Shown here: positions 52,424 through 64,000 of the stretch, piece by piece
Numbering within the stretch: the stretch's first letter is position 1
Layout of the letters: each line of letters begins with the position of its first letter
Source: Vicugna vicugna
Lineage: Eukaryota
Assembly (NCBI GenBank): GCA_013265495.1
Contig: MU057651.1
Location: 1,561,674-1,625,673 of the forward strand
Length of the DNA stretch: 64,000 nt
Reading direction: 5' to 3'
Position numbers and translations under genes: made by a program
The notes under the pieces: model-generated
The model's database searches: none
What the model was told of the DNA's origin: nothing
What the model saw: only the letters and a program-made list of their open reading frames with translations

Positions 52424-55229
52424 TTGTTATCTGTAATAGATAAATTAAAAGTAAAAGGAAATGCCAGATTGGATCTTGATGCTAGATCAAACTCAGATTT
52501 CAATGAATCTGAGCTTTCGCCACTATCCTGAAAGCCACCCTCCAAGGTGGGGAAGGGCAAAACCAAGAAACTTGTTGAAACCAGAAGATAATGTGTAAGA
52601 GTTGTTTCTGTCCCAGCTTTCCTTCATGGGTCTTACAGATGCTAATAAAAATAGTAAGTTAATAGGAGAATGGAAGAGACTAGGGAGAGAGTCATAGGAC
52701 TCATCCCAGCAGGGTGGAAATCTTTAGATGGTTATTTAAAAATAGAATGAATAAGGCAAAAATTGATGGGGTTAAAACAAAGATTTTAATACAACACTAG
52801 CAAAAGGTTGGGAGGGCCAAAGAGACCTCCTGCTAGTTCTCCAATGTTAAAGGGCCCCAAACAAATCTGCACTATTTAACCCTATCTGGAAACATTTAAA
52901 AGGCCAGGAAGTGAATTTAGCAAAAGCACCCGGGATTAGTGGTAAGGCTCTCTTTGCTCTCCTTTATAACCCCTCCTACTTTCCAGGGCTCTGTAATCAG
53001 GTTCTGCCAAATTCAGGCCTCACTATGCAAAGCCCTTTGTGGATTTATCCTGGACTCCCAGAATTCACGTCCCCTGGACAACAACAGATATTTTATGGGT
53101 GAGTCAGCCCCTTGACATTCAGGCTGCAACTCAATTCTTTTAGGAATTGGAAGTAACTGGCTTTTTCTTGCAAATCTCTGCAAGGTCAAGTGTAGCCCTA
53201 GAAAAAACTCAAATCCCTACCAAGCCCCAAACCTCCCCTATTTTTCTCAAAATGCCTTTAAGTATTGGGGCATTGGAAACAAAATTGTCTTGAGGTAGAA
53301 GGGTTCTTTTTGATTAAATAAAGTAATTATCTGCCTAGAAAACAAGTACTTTGTGTTTTACGAAAATAACTTCCAGTCCTTTATCAGGTATTTGATTGCA
53401 CCAGTATGTAATTTTATGTATTTCCCTTGGAAATCTTTTATGGTCACTTTAGCTAAATTATTTCATAAGCATTATTTCATAAGCATTATTTTATAAACTA
53501 TGATCCTACTTAGTCAAGTGTCCAAACTTTTTGATGTCTTTGTCAAACTTCCCCAAATCAAATTCTAAATGAAGTCCTTTTGACCTCTAGCTAACTTTGG
53601 AAATTTTTCAGAGGGCCCTTCAAACTTCTCAAAGAGAGATATTAAACTAATTAGGCTTATTTTTGGTATATTAAATTACATGGGAAGCATGTCAAAATAG
53701 TGATGCTGAACTTTCTTTGATTATATTTGTGCATATATGGTATTAATATAAATCATCTAGGAATTGTAGAAAATTCCTAAAATCTGATGTGTCCCCGTAT
53801 AAAGTTATTCTTGTTATTATCTTAAATGTTGTATGCTATGGAAATAATCAAATTTTCTTTTCAATTGTATTGTAATGAATTCTAATCAGACCTTTAACCA
53901 CTGTAATTTTTAAGTCTTTTGTCATTTACAGTTATTATTTTACTCTGATGCTTTTATAAAAGTTCTTCATCTTCAATAAGACTCATGGAAAGAACTGTGA
54001 GTACAGATTTCTGATAAACTTTCAAAGCATACCATTGAACTAGATAAGAATTTACAGAACTGCAACAGAGAAACTGATGGCTTCACAAAACTTCTAACGA
54101 AAGATCAAGATTAACAAGAATTACATGGAACGGAGTGAACTGAAGAGAATGATTATAATTTTTTTGTAACTTTTTATTTGAAATATTGCTGGTCCTTTAA
54201 TCTTTTATTTTTCCAGATTTAAAGAAAACTTTCCTCTTAAGCTCAGTATGATTTACAGCAATTTGGTAAATTACACTTTCATAGGCAGAATTAAAACATT
54301 TACCTTTTTCTCCCTACCAGAATTCTCCCTCCACAATTTGGAAATTTATAGTGAGTATTCTCATTTTCATGGAAATATATTTATTTGCATAAGTTCAATA
54401 AGCATCTGCTCTCCTTGTAACAAAGCACAGTTGGAAACTGGTTATATTACTACGACTTTGACTGTAATGTCATATTTGAGAGAGACATATGTAAACTCAG
54501 ATATGACCAGACAGCTTAAAGAAACTAGATTGACTTTATGAAGCCAGTATCTGGGGGACCTCCAGAAGAGAGGAATTCACCCATAGGTATTGCAGGTAAA
54601 GTCTGATGGCAAGTGTTTGGCTTGGCTTCTTAGCGTCAAGAGGCTATTAAAAGCTCAATATGGAATTTTCTTATGAAAAGTTCCAGCAAAGCAGATTTAA
54701 AATAGCCTATATGATCAATCTCTATTCTTACTGCACTTATGTAAATAGTTGGGACAAGTTGATTGAAACATACAAATTTTACATACAAATTCATCTAATT
54801 TGACTATATTGGTAGGAATGGGAGTAGACATTTTAGAGAGAAAAATTACGTTTCAGATATACTTTATGAATAGGTTCCAGTGCTGTTCATTGTCTTTGAG
54901 GTTTTGTTTTCCTGAATTCTGGTGTCCTTATGTCTGGCCACAACTCTCTAAACTCACATTTCCAATTTTCTCCCATCCTTTTGACAGAATCACTAAATAA
55001 CTAAACTGCTTTTTTTCCTCCTGAAGTCCTGTTAACTGAAGCTAGATGATTTGATATAAACTTCAGAGAAATTTCCACAATAGCTCATGTTTAGACAATC
55101 TTCTTCATGCCTGTTGCTGAATGAGCCACTCAGAAGGTATACCTGATGACCTTGTCAGAGACATTTCAAACTACAAACCAGGGAAATCTGTCAGATTGCC
55201 GTTACCTGCCCTTACTTCATCTGAAGCTG

Positions 55230-55753
55230 TGTCAGGGAGGAAGAAATTTTGCTCAGCCTTTCTGGCTGGACTAAGAATTAAAATGACACAAGACAGATTA
55301 ACTGGAACAAATCAAACTAAAATTTAGTAACAGGTGTACAAGAGAGAGACCCAGGAAAAGTGAGTAACTTCTCAAAATGGCTGAAAACTTCACCTTATGT
55401 ACCGTCTTCAGATAAAGACAAAGAGGTTGTTGAGGATTGGGGTTTGGGACCTCAAAGGGGAAGAAGGCAACTGATGTGGAGGAGGAAAAGCAAATGTTTG
55501 GTAAACAAATGTTTGCTGACCATGCAAAGACAATGGGACACAGAGTGGACTCTGATCTCCAGGCCTACCATAACTAGCATATTCTTTGCAGATATCTCTG
55601 GTGATAACTCTATTCCAGGAATGGGGCTTTAACCTAGATTTTTTAGGCAGCTAAAGGGCATGTAAAAATGAAAGACTTCCTGAGTCTTCTGTTTCTTAAA
55701 ACTAATCAGCCTAAATTATCCTCATGCCAAAGAGAAACATTTTGCTACCTACA
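55230..55753 (-). mobile_element. Antisense MER34-like solo LTR nested in the provirus
   Basis: Reverse complement begins tgtaggtagcaaaatgtttctctttggcatgaggataatttaggctgattagttttaagaaacag, related to the host LTRs; degenerate TSD gctg/gata. Confidence 0.78.
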
Positions 55754-56066
55754 GATACTTTGAACCTAATATCTAGAAATCTCCTTGACTGGAAGCTCTC
55801 AGGGCTCAGGCACTAGGCTTATAATTTGTTCCAACCATTAACTTTTGTTTTTCTTTTATTTCCACAGAAGTAACATATTAAATACCTGATTTCTTTCACA
55901 ATATAGGCCAAACTTTGGGGGCCCAGCTGTTTCACCCACCTTCTGAAATGAGACACAACTATTTAACTGAACTGAGCTATTCTCAGGACTAAGAGACTAA
56001 TTTAGTGAAATGGAGAATTTAGCTTCTGGATTGTGAAATTTCCTGGGAAAGTTACAAAGGTGGGAC

Positions 56067-56580
56067 AATAGGGGAGCAGAATTTGTCACCCCCAAATATG
56101 TCTCTGGCATAAAGATTATTTTAAAGAAACAGCAGACATGGGAGAAGCTCTGAAAACCAAGTAGAAGTTACCCTTTGTAAAGGACATTTACATTTGTAGG
56201 GGAAATCTCCGTCTGGAAGGGTATTTCCTTGCTGTACCTGGAAGGGAGGGATGACTCAATCTCTAGAAAATCCTATCAGTGTTGTAGAAGGCAAGGGCCT
56301 AAATTTGCATAACAATCTAACACTGGTTTACTGTGCCCTGGTAACTGCCCATAACTGACTCCATATTTTCAATATCTTTTGTCTTAGGCTGAAATGGTAT
56401 TTAAAGTAATGGTTGCTGCTGTTTCAGCAAGTTACTCAGTTTTCCTAGGTCTTTCCCATGTATACATGTTATTGAACTTTTGTTTGTGTTTTTCTCCTGT
56501 CAATCTGTTTTATGTCAACTTAATTATCAGGCCCATCAAAGAACCTAGAAGAGGAGAAGGAAAATTTTCCCTCCCTTACA
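56067..56580 (+). repeat. 3' LTR of the ERV1 relic
   Basis: taggggagcagaatttgtcacccccaaatatgtctc...aagaacctagaagaggagaaggaaaattttccctcccttaca. Confidence 0.9.
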
Positions 56581-56588
56581 GATTCAAT

Positions 56589-57025
56589 TGTTAAAAAGAA
56601 AAACTGCTGGCCCAAAATTGTGTCACTTGTGCTAAAGCCCCTGATACCAATCCTAGATTTAATATGTAATCTAACTGCTGTTTGGATCTTCACTAGAAGT
56701 GTAATCTTAATCAACCAGTCAGCACCAATGAGGTCATCTGCCCTGTGGGCCCTCTCCATTTCCTAGGCCCCCAGAGGAAGAAGAGGCAATCTGTATGATA
56801 AAACTCTTGCCCTTTCCTTCCCCACTAAATGCAGATGTCCTGGCTTAAAAACAATCACATCTTTTCTTTTCCCTTCCTCTTACTTCTTCCTATAAAACCT
56901 TTCCATTTTGTACAACACCTCAGAGCACCCTTCTAGTTGCCAGGTAAGTTGTTGCCCCGATTCATGAATTGCCTAATAAAGCCAATTAGATCTTCAAGTT
57001 CACGCGGTTGAATTTTTTTTTAACA
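56589..57025 (+). mobile_element. ERV1-type solo LTR
   Basis: Inverted termini tgttaaaaa...tttttaaca, TATA-like cctataaaa ~56890, AATAAA ~56975. Confidence 0.82.
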
Positions 57026-58653
57026 CCAGTCACCACAATTCTTAACATTTTGATATTCTATACATTAAAGTGACATAAAATGACAAATGACATAACATGT
57101 AACAGTTCTAGTTTTAAACTCATTTTGCCCTAAGATCCTATTTTGATTGGATTTCCATAGGCTTTTACAACTGGAAGTGAACTAAGGATTAGTAGTCTAA
57201 CTACTTGAGGCCCTTGTGGAGTTTAAACTCTTTAAACACTTTAAATAAAATATTTCCAGAATATATAAAGTAGAAATAATATAACCAACACTCACATACC
57301 CATCACCCAGTTTAAGAATCCATACTAACAGATACAGTGCTGGTTACACAGGAATGCTCACTTTGTGAACATGAATTGAGCTGTACCCTTTTATTTTGCG
57401 TTCTTTTTCTTTTTTTGGATACGTATGTTACCTTTCAGTAACACTTATCAAGAAACTGACAGATACAAGTGTACCTTCTGAATATTCTCCGAATCTCATC
57501 CTCCTACTGTCTGCAGAGATTTTCATTCCTGCACAAGTTTTTCCACTTTTGCTACATATGCCTGCATCCATAAACAGTATGTAGTATTCTTTGCATCTTT
57601 TTAAACTTCACGTTAGTGGTGATCTGTGTATATACTTCTTCAATTTATTTGTTTTGCCCCACACTTCTTTGTATATTATTATAGTCACTAGGAATACATT
57701 AGAAAAGACATGCTTGTGAGATATTTATCTACTTTGAACCTATGGTTACTTTTCTTCTGCTCTTTGGGACTATCTACTTGAAGCTTTTGAAGAGGTTATT
57801 AGACTTGGTTAAATCACTCAACTTGAAGGAATCTCTAGAAAACAGTCCATTTTCCCTTTCCAGGCCCCTAGTCTCCACCCAAGGCTATACCTCAGACTTG
57901 CTTCTTCAAGGCTTAAAAGTATTCAAACAGCAATTTCAAACAACACTTCCTAAAAGATATCTTTTAATACCTCTGAAATGCAAAGTGGTGTGGGGAGATA
58001 TTAGCATGCATATGAAAATGTTACACAGGCAACTCTGATTTCTTCTGAATGTTAACGAGTTATCATCTTGAAATTCACACTTACTCAGTTCTGCATCTCG
58101 ATTTTTTGAAGTCTCTACCCTCAAATAGGGACACATGAGGGCAAATTGAAGTGAGTGAGGACAACATTTTGCATGTAAATCTTGATCTCATTTTGGTGTT
58201 TAAGACTCACGAGAGAAAAACCCTCAGATAATATACCATTTATTTTATGCAAACGACTGATTATTAAGGTGAAACTAGGTTATCACACAACTTCTGTCAT
58301 TCCCCAGATAAAGATGTAACAGAATAACACTGCTCTTTTGAGAAAATTTCCAGTTTACAAATGTGAATAGAGCAAAATGTTTTAATTTTTATCTAAGTAT
58401 TGGGAGCATTTTGCAGAGTACCTCATTTTCCAAAGGAGAAACCTCAATTTACAGCTCTGCAACATTGGGCATCTCACTTACCATTTCACTCACTAAAGTT
58501 TTCTTTCCTTTAGCATATCTGTCTATTGCAATCTTAGGGAGTTGCTATTAAAAGCATATGGCTTTGGTACTACAATTTTTTGGGCAGGCGTGATGGGGAG
58601 GGGGTAGGAGGTGCAAATTTAGGTCAAATCATCCTGATGTTCTTTGCTGTAGC

Positions 58654-59100
58654 TGTTAGTGAATGTTCAACACACAGTGAGGCCAAACTGAAACGTCAGA
58701 GTGTGGAGCAGAGAAAGTTTTATTGCAGGACCAAGCAAGGAGAACAGGTGGCTCGTGCCTCCAACTGCCAGCCCCCCACCCCCACCCGAACTCCCCAAAG
58801 GGTTTCAGCTGAGCATTTTTAAAGGCTAGGTAAAGGAGGGGGGAGCTGCAGGGTATGTGATCAGCTGCAGCTGTGCACAATTCTCTGATTGGTTGATGTG
58901 ATCAATCCTTAGTTGCCAGAAGGTCTGGGGACTATATGTTCATGATCATCAAGTAGTTAATTTCTGCCACGTGGTGATGGTTTTTAGCATGTGAAAAACC
59001 CAGGGAATATGCATGAGATTACTTCAGAGAGGATTTACAGCAGAGGACATAGGGGAGGGGTCTGTCCCTGGAAGGTCCCAGAGGGTCCTGCTCAGTTACA
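58654..59100 (-). mobile_element. ERV1-type solo LTR
   Basis: tgtta...ttaca termini, flanks tagc/tagt, antisense polyA signal (tttatt ~58718) and CCAAT (attgg ~58888). Confidence 0.82.
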
Positions 59101-59244
59101 TAGTCACTTCTTCCTATAATGTAAATAGATGTTTTTACTTTTGGCAAAGAAAGAATTAGGGAATAGAAAAGCACTGAAATAGTTATATTAGTAGATTTGT
59201 GGATAGGTCCTGTGGTGGGAAAAAAGAACAAACATTTCTGGAGT

Positions 59245-59490
59245 CAATTCATTCATGGAGTCAATAAATGCTTTTGGAGTTCCCACAGTGTGCTGATCAT
59301 TGTCCGTGGTGCTGAGGGAACAGCAATGAGCAGGACAGACCAGGTTCCTGTTCTTGCAGGGTTAATGTTCTAGTGGGGAGAGACAGATGACAAATAAGTA
59401 CACTAATATAATATTTCTTTAGACAATGGTAAGGGCTATGTAGAAAACAAAATGAGATAAGGCGATAGAGCATAGTGGTGGTGGTGGGTC
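59245..59490 (-). mobile_element. L2 3' end
   Basis: attcattcat...caataaatgc...gctgagggaacagcaatgagcaggacagac...ttctagtgggggagagacag. Confidence 0.75.
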
Positions 59491-59494
59491 AGGG

Positions 59495-59833
59495 AAGCTC
59501 AACAAAACATGGAGTTGCCGTGTGACTTGGCAACATAACTCCCCTATTTATACCTTTTAGAAATGAAAACTTATGTCCACACAAAACCTCATACACAGAT
59601 ATTGACAGCAGCATTATTCATGATAGCCAAAAAGTGGAAAGTCCTCAATGTTCATCAACTGATGAATGGATAAACAAAAGGTGGTCTACCACTACAATGG
59701 AATAATACCTAACCATAAAAAAGATTGAAGCAGGAACCTACTGCATAGCACAGGGAACTGTATTCAATATCTTATAATAACCTATAATGGAAAAGAATCT
59801 GAAAAAGAATGTGTGTGTGTGTATATATATATA
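59495..59833 (+). mobile_element. L1MB-type fragment (~59495-59730) joined to a young L1 3'UTR fragment (~59731-59810) ending in (TG)n(TA)n
   Basis: gaaatgaaaacttatgtccacacaaaa...gatgaatggataaacaaa, then acctactgcatagcacagggaactgtattcaatatcttataataacctataatggaaaagaatctgaaaaagaat and the microsatellite. Confidence 0.82.
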
Positions 59834-60537
59834 CATGTTCACTCTTCCATCAAGCTTAAACTATCATTTATTTTTTGTAGACATTTTCTTTTATATGTTT
59901 AGAGACTGATCATCCTTTGATCGTCCAACTCCTTAAAACTGGCTTGTGTCCTTGATTTTCCTCCCGGAAGTTTTCACATGTGCCACTTTGCGGATGAAAG
60001 CTTTTACTTTTCTGAGATCCACGCACCTACCTCCCATACCTGTGACCTCTCGAGTCCCACGCTGGTTTCCTGACTCCTTCCACGCATTGGCTGGTGAAAG
60101 GGTTAGAAGCCAGTGCTACAGATGGCAGTGGGACCCTCGTCACACATGGAGGAGCCCCCACCATCTGATTCCAAACCCAGGCTGCCTCCAGTGCGGTGAT
60201 CTGCTGTCCCCGTGATGGGCGGAGACCGGGCAGGCAGGGGACCCGGACTCACCCTCCCTGAGAGAGCAAGGGTGCAGGTAACCTGCATTTTGTGGAGCTG
60301 ACGGCCCCCGCTGGGGCCTCCTGCACTGAGCGGTGATGCCATGAACCTGAGCGAGTGTCAGAAGCTCCAGGAGGCTCCACAACGCTCACATCGCCGGCTC
60401 CCCAGACGCAGTAGGTCCGGGGGGAGGCCAGGGAACGAGACTGCATTTCTAGCCAGTTCTAGGACATGCTGCCATGGCTGGTCCGGGTTCCCCCTTTGGG
60501 GAGTCCTGCTGTACAGACGGCGTGGTGCCTGTGCTGA

Positions 60538-60996
<459 letters not shown>

Positions 60997-61566
60997 TAGT
61001 GATACAAAGGCAGTGCTACCTGGAGCTAAGGCCGTCCCCGAGGCTGAGACAAGGCCCTCCACCCCTCTGGTCGGCTGAGATGGGGGGCGGAGGCAGGCTC
61101 ATCAGCCATCCAGAACGCTGCCTAGAGCCAAGGGGTGTGCAGTCCAGATAATTCGTGGAAGACAGCTTCCCACATGCCAGACACCGTGACAGACTCTCCA
61201 AGGAGAGCCTCTGCCGTGGGAGCAGCAAGTGGCTTGTGGCACCGGGAGGGTGGGAGGCGGGAAGGCAGAGGGATGGGAGGAAACAGCACAGATAGAATCA
61301 CGGAGGTGTCAGCCTCCATCCTGCTGAGCCCCTGGCCAGTTACTCAGTTTGGCTGCAGCAGAGCTCGTGGTGAAAAGGGAAGATTTGTGCAGGGTTTCCA
61401 ATGGAGGGGGCTGTTTGTTACCTAGCATCAGCGGGCTGCTGCATCCTTGCAGCGGGGGGGTCCTCAACTGCGATCCATCTCGCAGGACGTGTGGATCACA
61501 TGGGGCCATCTGCTGGACAGGTGTGTGCAAACTTGTGCACTTCCCAATGTGGTAACGGGTTTTTAA

Positions 61567-61881
<315 letters not shown>

Positions 61882-62300
61882 TGAAGAGAAGCTCGTTGCC
61901 TTATTTCTCTGGTCCAGCTCCCAACCTCCATCCCAGAAGCAGGAGCCCAAAGGCACCAGGCGGTGCATCCGAGCGCTCGTGCTGGAGGGCGTTCTGCACG
62001 TGCGCCTCCTTGGTTGCTAGAGTCTCTCCTTTCATTCTCTCTAACCCCTCTTCTTTCTCTGTCTTTCTCATTCGCTTTGCTCACTCCTCCTTACTCCTGC
62101 AAGGATTTCAAGCACTTTATGAGAAACACGACAGAAAAATCAAAGGGGAGAGACAGAACACAAAATTAAGAACAGTATCCTCAAGTTGCCTAAAAAGTCC
62201 CCGTCCTTTTTGTTGTTGTTTGTTCTTAAAAAAAGACAGCAAAGAAAGAATAGGACGCAATGAGAAAGCAAAATGTTAAAAATTGTGTTGAGTTTTTTTG

Positions 62301-62440
62301 GAGGGGGTGGGTATAGCTCAGTGGTGGAGTGCGTGCCCGGCATACATGAAGTCCTGGGTTCAATCCTTAGTACCTTCATTAAAAAAATAATAAAGAAATA
62401 AACCTAATTACCTCCCCCAAACCCAAACAAACAAAAAAAC
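62301..62440 (+). mobile_element. Camelid-type tRNA-derived SINE in a UPP1 intron
   Basis: gggtatagctcagtggtggag...gtcctgggttcaatcc...aaataaacctaattacctccccc plus A-rich tail. Confidence 0.9.
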
Positions 62441-63110
62441 AATGTGCAATAGAAAAGCAAAATAAACTTAAACAAGCAGAAGGAAATAATAAAGAGCAGA
62501 AACCAGTTAAATTGAAAACAAAAATAATTTAGAACATCAGTAAAACATAGAGGGTTTTTTTTTTGTTTGTTTGTTTGCTTTTGTTTTCAAATTGTGCTGA
62601 GTTTTAAGCCAAACTCCTAGAGGCCAACTTGTTCTACGGTAGTTGTCCTGCTCTCTGACAGCCCAGCTCTGTGCCGGTTTTCTGTTGAAAACTGGGCTCT
62701 GGCTTTGCAGGGATTTTACAGTCGATAATCAGAGAGGATTCTGGAGGGAGTCGTGGGCAGAACCTCCCCGTGGATCAGTCCCGGAGGGCGGGGAGCTCGG
62801 TCCGGAGCCGGTGATGGCTGGAGCTGGGTTTGGGGTGCACGGCGTTCATTACACCATTCTTGTCCACATTTGTATTGACCTGAAATCTCAAACAGCAGAA
62901 ACGTACGAAACAGGGACCAGTTAACCACATTCCAGTGAGGGAGCGCCAGGCAGTTCGCCACAGCTGGGACTGGAAGACAGGACACAGTCTGCATGGGATG
63001 GGGATGCGCCTGGCAATGTCTCTTCCTTTTTTGCACTTTTCTCTTCCATGTTTTCTGTCATCAGAAAAATGGCTGCCGGGAAACAGGGATCCTTACCTCT
63101 TTCTTTTTAG

Positions 63111-64000
<890 letters not shown>

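Larger units (their letters stand above)
49813..56580 (+). mobile_element. Two-LTR ERV1 provirus relic (MER34-like LTRs, MER4-group-like non-coding interior)
   Basis: Homologous direct LTRs at 49813-50325 and ~56067-56580, primer site right after the 5' LTR, purine-rich tract ~56048-65 before the 3' LTR, flanks gatc/gatt. No long ORF. Confidence 0.88.

Noticed and set aside
53457..53493. attatttcataagc repeated ~2.5 times
   Set aside because: Simple slippage duplication in the ERV interior; no spacers, not CRISPR-like.
50346..56066. Domesticated env (HEMO-like, given MER34-type LTRs) or intact gag/pol
   Set aside because: No ORF over ~100 aa, and no RT, integrase or env TM motifs seen.

Overview
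Mammalian genomic DNA, most likely camelid, judged from four copies of a short tRNA-derived SINE that looks like the camelid Vic-1 type and from young artiodactyl-type L1 3' ends. Positions 1 to ~59,830 are CpG-poor and repeat-dense, with no coding exon I can recognise. They hold ancient L2, MIR, MLT1 and MER DNA-transposon fossils, nested L1s, and a two-LTR non-coding ERV1 (MER34-like LTRs, tRNA-Ser primer site) at 49,813-56,580 with four further solo LTRs in or near it. From ~59,835 the sequence becomes abruptly GC/CpG-rich and carries four consecutive, intact, in-phase internal exons of uridine phosphorylase 1 (UPP1, + strand). The UPP1 5' coding exons are not visible anywhere in the 60 kb upstream, and a young L1 stops dead at a (TG)n(TA)n tract just before the switch. 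The main signal is therefore a junction near 59.8 kb: an assembly join, or a real rearrangement or duplication giving a 5'-truncated UPP1. I found no convincing novel biological system. Repeat family names come from recalled consensus sequences, and boundaries of old repeats are approximate.
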